A DNA stretch of 64,000 nucleotides from positions 32,001 to 96,000 of the forward strand of contig CAVTUQ010000012.1 in NCBI GenBank assembly GCA_963737905.1. Reading direction: 5' to 3'. Shown here piece by piece: positions 10,645 through 20,091 of the stretch. A model generated the notes under the pieces. The model was not told the origin of the DNA, did no database searches, and saw only the letters and a list, made by a program, of their open reading frames with translations. This DNA comes from an uncultured delta proteobacterium (GTDB lineage: Bacteria > Desulfobacterota > Binatia > UBA9968). Both the position numbers and the translations under genes were made by a program. How positions within the stretch are numbered: the stretch's first letter is position 1; each line of letters begins with the position of its first letter.

Positions 10645-11107
10645 ATGGCTAAAGAACAAACATTTCTCACACACGATCCGAGCCGAAGGAATTTTCTCAA
10701 TTGGTTCCTCGGCACCACTGCCGGCGCGTTTGCCATCTCGGTTCTTTACCCGATAAGCCGTTACCTTATTCCGCCACAAGGCCGAAGAGTCTTCCGCCCA
10801 ACGTGATGCTTGCCATCAAGCCGCCAAGATATCAAACCCAACAGCGGGCAAATTGTTCGCTTCGGCAGCCAGCCTGCGATTTTGATCGATACACCAGCCG
10901 GCGAGTTAAAGGCTTTTTCTGCGACCATGCACTCATCTTGGCTGTATCGTTCAATACCGGCCGGATCTCAGCGAAATATGGTGCGCCTGTCATAACGGCC
11001 ATTTCAATTTGAACGGTAAAAATGTCGCAGGACCGCCGCCGAAGCCATTGGAAGAGTACACCGTGAATGTCAGAAGCGATCAAATCGTCGTGAGCAAAAG
11101 GGGCTAA
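10645..11107 (+). CDS. Rieske 2Fe-2S subunit of a bc-type complex (several frameshifts)
   Basis: Tat motif SRRNFL plus TM helix; Rieske boxes CTHLGC and WCACHNGHF; GPPPKPL. Confidence 0.9.
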
Positions 11108-11109
11108 GC

Positions 11110-12208
11110 ATGGAAGACCAAAGCCCAAAGTACGGTAAATTGTGGCACTGGCTCGATGAAAGAATCGGGCTGGAGGATATCGAATATCTCGCCAAGAAGA
11201 AAGAAGTGCCGGTGCACGGTCACACGTTTTGGTATTATTTCGGCGGGATGACGTTGTTTCTCTTTATGATTCAGGTTACCACCGGCATCCTTCTTTTGCT
11301 CTATTATCGACCCAGTGCCGGCGAGGCCTACGAGTCCATCCAGTTTCTGATGACGGAGGTACAGTTCGGCTGGCTGGTCAGATCGATTCACGCTTGGTCG
11401 GCTAATCTGATGGTCTTTGCCATGTTCATCCATCTCTTCAGTGCCCTGCTGGGCAAGGCCTATCGCGCACCGCGCGAATTGACCTGGCTCTCGGGTGGCG
11501 TACTGCTAGGCTTAACTCTCGCCTTCGGGTTTACCGGATATCTCTTGCCGTGGAATGAACTCTCTTTCTTTGCCACAAGAGTGGGTACTGAAATACCCGG
11601 TGTCATTCCGGTCATCGGATCCTTCCTTCGCCGGTTGCTGCGCGGTGGGGACGATGTGACCGGAGCAACGTTGACGCGTTTTTATGGCATTCATGTGGCG
11701 GTGCTGCCGGCGATTGTCACGGTCGTGCTGGGTCTGCATCTGTTCCTCGTGCAGAAACATGGTATGAGTACTCCGCCAGGCGAGGAACAGGAGGGCAAGG
11801 GCAGGCGCACGATGCCTTTCTTTCCAAACTTTTTCCTCCGCGATCTGGTCGGTTGGCTTTGTGCGCTCGGCGTACTTGCTGCTCTGGCCGCCTATTTCCC
11901 GGCAGAACTAGGTAAAAAAGCGGATCCATTTCACCCCGCGCCGATCGGGATCAAGCCGGAGTGGTATTTCATGGCCATGTTTCAAACCCTAAAACTCTTG
12001 CCCAGTTATATTCTAGGTATCGAGGGGGAGCTTCTCGGTGTTCTTGCATTCGGTGTGGTCGGCTTGGTGCTGATTCTCATACCCTTTCCTCGACCGACGT
12101 ACAGCCTCAGGGCAGCCGAGCCGCCTTCCTGCGGCTTTCGGCATCACGCTTATCTTGTACATGGTCTTGTTGACTTACCTCGGATATACCATGAGTCCGA
12201 CAAAATAA
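11110..12208 (+). CDS. Cytochrome b of a bc-type complex (frameshift ~12087)
   Basis: [32 protein letters not shown] and the Qo motif KPEWYF; corrected stop TAA at 12206-12208. Confidence 0.93.
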
Positions 12209-12260
12209 TCCGCATGGTTTTTGAAGTCGAAACGTTTCGCATATTGAAGAGAACCTCCAT

Positions 12261-13070
12261 ATGGCGCGATTTCGCATCATAGCGCTTAGCGATCGTTGTT
12301 CTAGTGGTCGTGGGAATCGGCTTTGCTGGCTATCGCAGTTACCAATACGTCGAGCATGATCCCCAATTTTGCGCCTCATGTCATTTGATGGCCACGGCAT
12401 GGACTACCTGGAAGCAAGGTCCTCACAACAAGCTCGATTGTCATGTTTGCCATCAACAGAATATTCAAGATCGCGTTCGTATTGTCTGGAGCTGGGCGAT
12501 TTCAGATATCAAAAAATGTTCCGCCGCATACCAGGCTCAACAGAAGGGTTTGCGAAGACTGTCATCTGAACGACAAGACGAATTGGCCGCAGATCAGTAA
12601 AACCGCCGGCCATGAGCTTCATGTCAAGAGAGCTAATTTAGAATGCCTGTCATGCCATTTGCCGTCTTTACATGCTGTGAAACCAACCACCAAAGAATGT
12701 GTTACATGTCACTCCAAGGCCACTGCCAATATCGGCGGGATGAAGGCATTCCATTGCACAACTTGCCATCAGTTTACGGCTAAGATCGGCACGGCCTAAA
12801 GCCCGAAGAGCGAGACATGTTGGGTTGTCACAGCGGAATGTCGTTAAAGGGAGAGACATTTCCGGCTCAAGCGCCAATGCGGTTCGGTTGTGCGACTGCC
12901 ATAAACCCCACAGCCGGCCCTTATTGACTTTCTCCGATTGTCTGGCGTGTCACCCGCAGATTACAGAAGATCGCCGCCATTTCGACCAAAAAGCGTTGAC
13001 GAGGTGTGTTAGTTGTCATAAACCCCATAGTTGGAAAGCTGTCACAGAATCCACAGTGAAAAAAAGTTAA
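12261..13070 (+). CDS. NapC/NirT-like membrane-anchored multiheme cytochrome c (~10 hemes; several frameshifts)
   Basis: N-terminal TM helix then FCASCHLM...W..GPH..LDCHVCH; further CEDCH, CLSCH, CVTCH, CTTCH, CLACH, CVSCH plus two indel-broken motifs. Confidence 0.8.
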
Positions 13071-13089
13071 GTCGAAGGGAGAAATAACG

Positions 13090-13423
13090 ATGGATAGAAA
13101 AATAGTCAGGTGCCATTTTGGGACTCTGGATCGCATGGTCCTGGACGGGTGCAGCCTTGGCGGCGGATGCGAGCGCGGGAAAGGCCATCTTTGAAAAATC
13201 CTGTGTTAGCTGTCACGGCAAGGATGGCAAAGGCAATCCGGCCATGGCCAAGGTCTTAGGGGAAAAGGGATTAGATCTCACAGGCAAGGAAGCGACCCAA
13301 AAATCTGATGAGCAGCTCCTCAAAGTAATTGCCGAGGGAGCGGGAAAAATGCCGGCCCAAAAAACGCTCAGTAAGGACGATCAAAAGCAGGTTTTGAGCT
13401 ACGTGCGGTCCTTAGCGAAGTAA
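13090..13423 (+). CDS. Periplasmic class I monoheme cytochrome c (frameshift ~13118)
   Basis: Signal peptide; CVSCHGKDGKG; axial Met in GAGKMPA. Confidence 0.88.
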
Positions 13424-13488
13424 ATGAGTCATGTCTTCCGGTGGCAAGTGCTGCAGCGAGCAATATCGCAGCGACCGTGCGGGAACGA

Positions 13489-13777
13489 TTAGAACTTAAG
13501 CTGGTGGGGCTGGGCATGGGTTAGAAGAAAAATGGCGATTACGTCGCTGAGATCGGGACGGCTGATTTCTTCCAGGTCGTAACCTACCCGACAGTGTGGC
13601 CTTCGGTCCCCGGGGATCTGAGCTGCGATGAACGCTACAACTTCGTATTCGGGATTGTCACGGAAGCAGACATTGAATGTGTGAAAGTCCCTACCGGCCG
13701 CGCCCATAATGAGCACTCGCTCCCGGTTGGATACGTGTCTGCTATCCCGTTAAAATTCGTTAGACACGTCTGCCATC
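13489..13777 (-). pseudogene. Internally deleted cyclic 2,3-diphosphoglycerate synthetase-like GTPase
   Basis: N-terminal IMGAAGRDFHTFN...YEVVAFIAAQIP joined directly to C-terminal-type RVGYDLEEISRPDL. Confidence 0.7.
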
Positions 13778-14090
13778 ATCGGTCTCCCCCCGGTGCCTAT
13801 GTTTCAAGATTTAACCGCATAGAACACATAGATCACAGAAATATTGATGGGCGACGGCGGCTCAATGCAATCGATCCTAAGGCCTTGCGTTCTTTACGGT
13901 TTCCTCTCTCTAAATCAGCAAGATATGTGCCCCTGATCTAGTGCGACTAAATTCTCAATAACGTGATCTTGAAAACTGGCCATATTCTTCGCAGCTTTGC
14001 GATTCGAACCGCTTTATATTCTCACGAATGGGAATTATCCTTGATCAAAATTACTACGGTACCAAAAAGATCCTTTTGGCTCAACTGTCG

Positions 14091-14106
14091 TGGCACAGAG
14101 TGTGCG
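14091..14106 (+). promoter_or_regulatory. Sigma-54 promoter motif
   Basis: TGGCAC-AGAGT-GTGCG (GG-N10-GC) before RBS ggag and the glgP ATG at 14132. Confidence 0.6.
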
Positions 14107-14131
14107 TTGCGTTCGTGTCAGGAGTTGTTCG

Positions 14132-15862
14132 ATGACAGAAGACACTATTCATTCTCAGCTCCCCCGCCCGGTGGACTATAGATCCACCGCTTATTTCTCG
14201 ATGGAAATAGGAATAGAGGACGGGATGCCCACCTACAGCGGCGGTTTAGGTATTCTCGCCGGGGACACCATTCGCGCTGCTGCTGATCTTAACGTGCCAA
14301 TGGTCGGGATGACGCTCCTTCATCGCAAGGGTTACTTTTACCAGCGGCTGGATTCAAACGGCAGGCAGACGGAAGAACCGGTTGAATGGGTGGTGGAAGA
14401 TTTCTTAACTGAAATGGCACAGCGAGCCGCCGTCGCCATCGAGGGGCGTGTCGTTCAGTTGCGCTCGTGGAAGTATGAAGTGTCGGGCAATGGAGATTTC
14501 AAGGTGCCGGTCTATTTTTTGGATACCGACCTGCCGGAAAATTCTGAGCGGGACCGAACTTTGACCCACTATCTTTACGGGGGCGATCAGCACTACCGGC
14601 TTTGCCAAGAAATGATTCTCGGTATCGGCGGGGTGAAGATGCTCCGCTCCTTGGGCTACGACCAAATCCGGCGGTTCCATATGAACGAAGGGCACTCCAG
14701 TCTCCTTGCGATCGAGTTGTTGGATGAGGAGGCTCAACAGAATGGTAGGGAATCCATCGTCCAGGCCGACATAGAGGCAGTGCGAAAGAAGTGCGTCTTT
14801 ACAACCCATACGCCGGTGCCTGCGGGTCAAGATAAGTTTCCCTTGGATCTTGTGAATCGTGTTCTCAGTCGCCGTGAGGTTGGCGAGATGCGCGACGTCT
14901 TTTGCTGCGGTGATCTGTTGAATATGACGTATCTGGCTCTGAATCTCAGCCATTATGTCAACGGCGTAGCTAAGAAGCACGGTGAGATATCGAGGCTCAT
15001 GTTTGCCGGTTACACTGTGGATGCGATCACGAATGGTGTTCATGCTGAGACATGGGCCACAGATTCATTTTCGCAACTTTATGATCATTACATACCGGGC
15101 TGGAGAAAGGACAATTTCAGCCTTCGTTACGCATTCGGTATTCCTAAAGAGGAGATTTGGCAGTCGCACGCGAAGGCAAAGAAAAAGTTGGTTCAATTTG
15201 TTAACCAGGAGACCAATGCCGGCTTGGACGTCGATCTATTGACCCTGGGCTTTGCACGCCGCGCTGCGGCCTACAAAAGGCCGGATCTGCTCTTCACAGA
15301 CATCGAGCGGCTGAAACAGATCGCAGCCAAAGTCGGCCCTGTGCAGGTCGTATATGCCGGGAAGGCGCATCCGCAAGATTCGGCGGGCAAGGAACAGATC
15401 CAACGAATATTTCGCGCCAAGGAGTCGCTTCGGAACGATATCAAAATTGCGTATCTTCAGAACTACAGCATGGAGCTTGGAAAGACGATGACCTCAGGAG
15501 TCGATATTTGGCTAAACACGCCACAACCTCCTCTCGAAGCGTCCGGAACGAGTGGAATGAAAGCAGCCGTGAACGGTGTGCCGAGTCTGAGCGTCTTGGA
15601 CGGCTGGTGGATCGAGGGTTGTGTTGAAGGCGTAACAGGTTGGTCGATCGGGCCAACGGACGGACCGGCCGCTGCTGCAGTCGAGGAGCACTCTAGGGAC
15701 GCGGCTTCGCTTTACGACAAACTCGAACAAGTTATTTTGCCGCTGTTTTATAAGAATCGTGATGGATTCGTCGATGTGATGCGGTACGCCATCGCGCTGA
15801 ACGGTTCGTTTTTTAATACCCACCGGATGCTGCAGCAATATGTTTTGAAAGCGTATCTATGA
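14132..15862 (+). CDS. glgP: Alpha-glucan (glycogen/starch) phosphorylase
   Basis: [33 protein letters not shown] site [10 protein letters not shown]. Confidence 0.96.
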   Translation: MTEDTIHSQLPRPVDYRSTAYFSMEIGIEDGMPTYSGGLGILAGDTIRAAADLNVPMVGMTLLHRKGYFYQRLDSNGRQTEEPVEWVVEDFLTEMAQRAAVAIEGRVVQLRSWKYEVSGNGDFKVPVYFLDTDLPENSERDRTLTHYLYGGDQHYRLCQEMILGIGGVKMLRSLGYDQIRRFHMNEGHSSLLAIELLDEEAQQNGRESIVQADIEAVRKKCVFTTHTPVPAGQDKFPLDLVNRVLSRREVGEMRDVFCCGDLLNMTYLALNLSHYVNGVAKKHGEISRLMFAGYTVDAITNGVHAETWATDSFSQLYDHYIPGWRKDNFSLRYAFGIPKEEIWQSHAKAKKKLVQFVNQETNAGLDVDLLTLGFARRAAAYKRPDLLFTDIERLKQIAAKVGPVQVVYAGKAHPQDSAGKEQIQRIFRAKESLRNDIKIAYLQNYSMELGKTMTSGVDIWLNTPQPPLEASGTSGMKAAVNGVPSLSVLDGWWIEGCVEGVTGWSIGPTDGPAAAAVEEHSRDAASLYDKLEQVILPLFYKNRDGFVDVMRYAIALNGSFFNTHRMLQQYVLKAYL

Positions 15863-15940
15863 GTTACGCACGATGAAAGAATGATCGAAGGCTTTGACCG
15901 GGTCTATCAGATGGCGGACGGCCGGATCACCAATCATTGA
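15863..15940 (+). pseudogene. C-terminal remnant of an ABC transporter ATPase (LolD/MacB-like)
   Basis: Reads VTHDERMIEGFDRVYQMADGRITNH* (H-loop VTHD) immediately after the glgP stop, with no start codon. Confidence 0.7.
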
Positions 15941-15956
15941 TTGGAGATGAGGAAAA

Positions 15957-16133
15957 ATGTTTATGCCCGACTGGTTGTGGTTCATTGCGTTCTTCGCAGT
16001 ATACATCGTGTTGATGCGTTGGGTACTCCCGCGCCTGGGCGTGCCTACCTGAATGGCGAATTCGTGTGATGTCGAGTCTCGACGCAAAGGTGCCGGTAAC
16101 GGCCACGATCTTAAACGAAAGATAGAGAAATGA
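15957..16133 (+). CDS. Putative small membrane selenoprotein (58 aa, Sec at codon 32)
   Basis: MFMPDWLWFIAFFAVYIVLMRWVLPRLGVPT-U-MANSCDVESRRK...IEK*; RBS gagga; SECIS-like hairpin; stop overlaps the next ATG (ATGA). Confidence 0.68.
16053..16094 (+). promoter_or_regulatory. Bacterial SECIS-like hairpin
   Basis: gtcga-GTC-tcgac (16071-16083); loop G at +24 from UGA 16050-16052. Confidence 0.6.
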
Positions 16134-16612
16134 ACGACGTAAAATTCAAACCCATCGGGCTTGTGCATACGAAGGGCAGCGACGCCGAAGTCAGGGAAAA
16201 AGGGAACCTGGAGGGAGAACTGGAGATCTATCCTGAATTCGAGGAAGGTCTTCAAGGGATTGACGGCTATTCACATCTCTTTGTATTGGTCTACTTCGAC
16301 CGCCTCCGGCCGGAACAGATCGGCCCTTTACAGGTAAAGCCGCGCGGGCTCTTGAGAAGAGGTTTCAAATTGGAAGAGCTGCCGCTGCTTGGCGTTTTCG
16401 CTTTGGATTCTCCCACGCGGCCCAATCCCATCGGACTTTCGCTCGTGCGTCTCATCAAACGAGAAGGAAACCGGCTTTTCGTGCAGGGTTTGGACTTCTT
16501 CGACGGTACGCCGATTCTCGATATCAAAGGTTACCGGCCGCAATATCGTACCGACAGTTACGTCATGCCGGATTGGTTTCGCACTTTGGCCGACGACAAA
16601 GGTTACGTCTAA
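16130..16612 (+). CDS. tsaA: TrmO/TsaA/YaeB-like SAM-binding methyltransferase
   Basis: FKPIG, GLQGIDGYSHL, GVFALDSPTRPNPIGLS, GLDFFDGTPILDIK. Confidence 0.9.
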   Translation: MNDVKFKPIGLVHTKGSDAEVREKGNLEGELEIYPEFEEGLQGIDGYSHLFVLVYFDRLRPEQIGPLQVKPRGLLRRGFKLEELPLLGVFALDSPTRPNPIGLSLVRLIKREGNRLFVQGLDFFDGTPILDIKGYRPQYRTDSYVMPDWFRTLADDKGYV

Positions 16613-16718
16613 GACATCTCCGCCAGAAGATTTCGCAGGATTGCAAAATTTCAATTTCATTTTCCTCAATAGTGGGAAGATCCATCCTTTAATGGTCGGA
16701 AAGGTTGTGACGTGAAAC

Positions 16719-16734
16719 TGGTATGTCTCTTGCT
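16719..16734 (+). promoter_or_regulatory. Sigma-54 promoter motif
   Basis: TGGTAT-GTCTC-TTGCT, ~50 bp upstream of ATG 16787. Confidence 0.65.
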
Positions 16735-16786
16735 GCTCTAACTTCTGAGAGAAGCATTCTGCCAGTGAGTCGGAGAGGAGCGATCC

Positions 16787-17754
16787 ATGTCTACAGAAGT
16801 TAGAACCGAAATATCACCGATCCAACGGAGACAAGAGCTGATAGAAAAATACTGGGCGGGGGATATGGCCCGCAAAGTCTATCTAGTGCGACATCAACGC
16901 AAGGCGATTTTGGCACACTGCCGGCGCATCGCCGTAATCGGCGCAAGCGGTGATCCCGATAGCGAGAGCTATGTCAGTATGGAAAAACTGTTAGGACTGG
17001 GCCTTGAGATCATCCCAATTTTTTCAGGCCGTGAAAGTTTTCTGGGGCTGCGCTGCTACTCTCGTTTGCGCGATGTGCCCGGCAAGATCGATATCGTGCA
17101 AGTTTATCCCGGCGGGCGGATAAATTTAGCTAGAGCTGGCTCAGGAGGCAGTCGACAAGGGTGTGTCCACCTTCTGGATTGAAAAGGGAATGGCGGCTTC
17201 CACGAGAGGTCGAGGACATCCTTTCCAACGGTAAAGTTCAGTTGGTGGAGTACGAGAGCTTGGAATCGGAGTATTTGAAACATACTCCCATGATCCCGAG
17301 CGCGGTGCCGGTCCGCAAGGAAAAGAAGACGGTGAAGGTCAAGGAGCGGATGACCAGAAATCCTACCGCGGTCACACCCGAGGAGGCTCTCAAGGATGCC
17401 GTATGCAAGATGGAGCGCGGCCATTTCCGCCATCTGCCGGTGGTCGATAACGATGGGAAATTGATCGGCATGCTTTCTGACCGCGATATCCGCCTGATTC
17501 GCCCCTCTCTGGCATTCGTCGGCAAGGAAGACGCCGGGGTTCAGCTCTGGTCCCTCGCCGTGCAGCAAGCTGCGGTCTTCGATCCGATTTCGGTGAAGCC
17601 GGAAACAACCCTCAAGGAAGCGGCTGAGCTGATGCTGCGCTGGCACGTGGGTGGTCTCCCGGTCGTTGATAATGAAGATAAACTCATTGGCATTATTACC
17701 TATACCGATTTGTTACGAGATTCTGTTGGATCTCAGCAAAGTGATCGTCCGTGA
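16787..17754 (+). CDS. CoA-binding (YccU-like) domain plus tandem CBS domain protein (frameshift ~17130)
   Basis: IAVIGAS...YSRLRDVPGKIDIVQVY, then RMTRNP...RHLPVVD...GMLSDRD...GGLPVVD. Confidence 0.75.
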
Positions 17755-17859
17755 CTACTGATACGAATCTTCCCAATCGTGAGAATGGAGATCGCGGCAT
17801 CCTCTGACAGATGACAAAAAAACTCCAGTACGTCGAGGCGGGAACATGCAGCTGAACGG

Positions 17860-17875
17860 TGGCACTTCTATTGCT
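17860..17875 (+). promoter_or_regulatory. Sigma-54 promoter motif (consensus match)
   Basis: TGGCAC-TTCTA-TTGCT upstream of ATG 17922. Confidence 0.75.
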
Positions 17876-17921
17876 CTTTGTCTTTCGAGAATCAAGCTAA
17901 AGCCAGCACGAGGAGGCGATA

Positions 17922-18638
17922 ATGTTTACTGACAAAATTGAGCTCAAGGATGTTGATAAGATGGATCCCGAATACAAAGACCTTCTAGGTCGCGTCCTGA
18001 CCATTCAGGCGGACTGCGAGATCGGCGGCCCGCATCTTTACGTGCAGAAAATGCTGCCGGCGGCACCGACAAAACTCGATCAGCTTATCGTCGCTCGGAC
18101 GGCGGCGGAAGAAATCGACCATTTTCGCAAGGTAGCGCGGGTGGCCGGCGACATCGGCATCGACGTCTCGTTTGTGCTGAGCCAACCCAACGAAAAGCGT
18201 TTCGTGGACGCGTTTCGCGGTCTCATAACGACCTGGGAGGACAACGCCGTCTTTGGTTTTTTGATCGACCGGGTCGGACGATATCAGTTGGAAGAATTCT
18301 ACGATTGCAGCTATCTGCCGCTGCAGCGCATTCTCCCGGACATCGTCACCGAGGAGCTGGGGCATATCGAGTACGGTTATAACAAGACAATGGAATTGCT
18401 CTCGAAGGGTGACGAGCAAAAGGAGCGGGTACAGAAAGCCATCGATTATTGGTACGTTCGCGCGCTCGACATGTTCGGGCGCAGCGGCTCAAGCCGTGCC
18501 GAGCGTTACCGCTACTGGGGACTCAAACGACGCGCCAATGAACAGGCTCGGGAGGATTACATGAAAGAGGTCAACCCGATCCTCGAGAAAATGGGACTCA
18601 AAATCCCCGATCCATTCAAAGGCCGTCACTATATCTGA
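17922..18638 (+). CDS. PaaA/PaaC-family ferritin-like diiron protein
   Basis: QADCE, AAEEIDH, EELGH diiron ligands; DMFG, WGLK.R.N. Confidence 0.8.
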   Translation: MFTDKIELKDVDKMDPEYKDLLGRVLTIQADCEIGGPHLYVQKMLPAAPTKLDQLIVARTAAEEIDHFRKVARVAGDIGIDVSFVLSQPNEKRFVDAFRGLITTWEDNAVFGFLIDRVGRYQLEEFYDCSYLPLQRILPDIVTEELGHIEYGYNKTMELLSKGDEQKERVQKAIDYWYVRALDMFGRSGSSRAERYRYWGLKRRANEQAREDYMKEVNPILEKMGLKIPDPFKGRHYI

Positions 18639-18654
18639 CCGGCACGGAGGTTAT

Positions 18655-18846
18655 ATGCCACAAGCAGCACCTAACATTGAAAAGCTCGATGAGCATCTAA
18701 TGGAGGTTGTACGCGCCCTGCATAGCGCGGTTAAACAGGGAGTGTCCCACTCGAACGACTCAACAGTCGTGGACAATACGATTCGGGATTGTAAAGAGAT
18801 CCTGGATGTTATCATGGCTGGAAACGTTTCGGAGTGGATGAGTTGA
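18655..18846 (+). CDS. Small hypothetical helical protein
   Basis: Strong RBS ggagg; fills the gap in the operon. Confidence 0.55.
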   Translation: MPQAAPNIEKLDEHLMEVVRALHSAVKQGVSHSNDSTVVDNTIRDCKEILDVIMAGNVSEWMS

Positions 18847-18884
18847 GGCCCACGAGATAACGACGGGCCGAAGGAATCGTCAAA

Positions 18885-19400
18885 ATGAGCGATCCACAAG
18901 TCTTCTATTACGAAACAGAAATCGAGTGGACGAAAGAAAAAGAGGGGCAAATCTGCGGACCAAGCCTGCCAGCGGTTACCGTCGGAGCGCCGCCAGAATT
19001 CAAGGGACGTGAAGGGAACTGGTCCCCCGAACATCTCTTTGTAGCTTCATTGAACACCTGCTTTATGCTTACATTCCTTGCCATCGCGGAAAATTCCAAG
19101 GTGGCCCTGTTCAGTTTCTCTTCGACAGCCAAGGGTAAGCTGGAGAGAGTGCCGGGAAGCAATTATCAAATAACCGAGATCGTGGTTAAACCGAGAGTAG
19201 TGATCGCTTCTGTCAGTGATTTGGGCCGGATGCCACGAATTTTGGAGAAGGCTAAAGAAAATTGTTTCGTTTCCAACTCGATCAAGAGCGCCATTAAGAT
19301 AGAGCCGGAAGTCTTTCACCATCAGACACAGACGTCTCCTTGTCCTCTTGGAGAAGTTCCGGGCTCCGGCGGTTCGGCTTCAAAGATGAAGCCTGAATAG
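18885..19400 (+). CDS. OsmC/Ohr family protein
   Basis: PPEFKG, WSPEHLFVASLNTC, NCFVSNS. Confidence 0.9.
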   Translation: MSDPQVFYYETEIEWTKEKEGQICGPSLPAVTVGAPPEFKGREGNWSPEHLFVASLNTCFMLTFLAIAENSKVALFSFSSTAKGKLERVPGSNYQITEIVVKPRVVIASVSDLGRMPRILEKAKENCFVSNSIKSAIKIEPEVFHHQTQTSPCPLGEVPGSGGSASKMKPE

Positions 19401-19453
19401 ATGAGTTTATGGACCAGATCGTGCTCAAACCCACAAAAAGGAGGGGAGACGAA

Positions 19454-19918
19454 ATGAAAGGCATGAAAGTTTTGCTGTCTATTGGGGCGATAGCATTGTT
19501 GTTTGCGACGACCGATTCTTTTGCCCAGAGAGGACCAGGGATGATGTGGCGCGGCAGTGGTGGTTGGGGACCGGGATCTCCTTACAACAGGATGTATGAT
19601 CCCAAAACCGTCGAAACTGTGACTGGGGAAGTCGTCAGTATTTCCCAAATCACTCCTAACAAGGGAATGGGTGCCGGGGTTTACATGACTTTGAACACCG
19701 GCAAAGAAACTATCTCGGTCCATCTCGGTCCCAGCTGGTACCTGGAGAACCAGGACGTGAAAATCGAGGCCAAAGACAAGATTGAAGTGAAAGGCTCCAA
19801 GATCACTTTCAATGGCAAGCCGGCCATCATCGCCATGGAAGTGAAAAAAGGCGATGAGGTGTTCAAGCTGCGCGACGACGCGGGATTCCCGGTTTGGGCC
19901 GGTTGGCGCCGAGGCTAA
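19454..19918 (+). CDS. Secreted OB-fold-like protein (MamS/MamX-like domain)
   Basis: Signal peptide; YDPKTVETVTGEV, VHLGPSWY, LRDDAGFPVW. Confidence 0.65.
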   Translation: MKGMKVLLSIGAIALLFATTDSFAQRGPGMMWRGSGGWGPGSPYNRMYDPKTVETVTGEVVSISQITPNKGMGAGVYMTLNTGKETISVHLGPSWYLENQDVKIEAKDKIEVKGSKITFNGKPAIIAMEVKKGDEVFKLRDDAGFPVWAGWRRG

Positions 19919-20030
19919 CTCACATGATGCGTCGCGCTCTATTCGGGAGTGTTTCAGAACAGGTCTTTGGGAGTGTGGCGGAGAGGACACTCCAGATATG
20001 GCGACTGTCCCGTACCAGTCGTGAAAAAAC
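19919..20030 (+). pseudogene. Universal stress protein C-terminal remnant
   Basis: RRALFGSVSEQVFGSVAERTL...ATVPVPVVK, with the USP FGSV motif duplicated. Confidence 0.55.
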
Positions 20031-20091
20031 AATCGTCATTGCCGAGCCGAACGAGGCGAATGGATTTCTCCTTTCGCTTCCTCGGTCTGTT

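Noticed and set aside
18844-18860. Sec readthrough at the TGA of the 63-aa ORF
   Set aside because: No redox motif context and no convincing SECIS hairpin.
19454-19918. Magnetosome island, suggested by the MamS/X-like domain
   Set aside because: No other mam genes; the domain also occurs outside magnetotactic bacteria.
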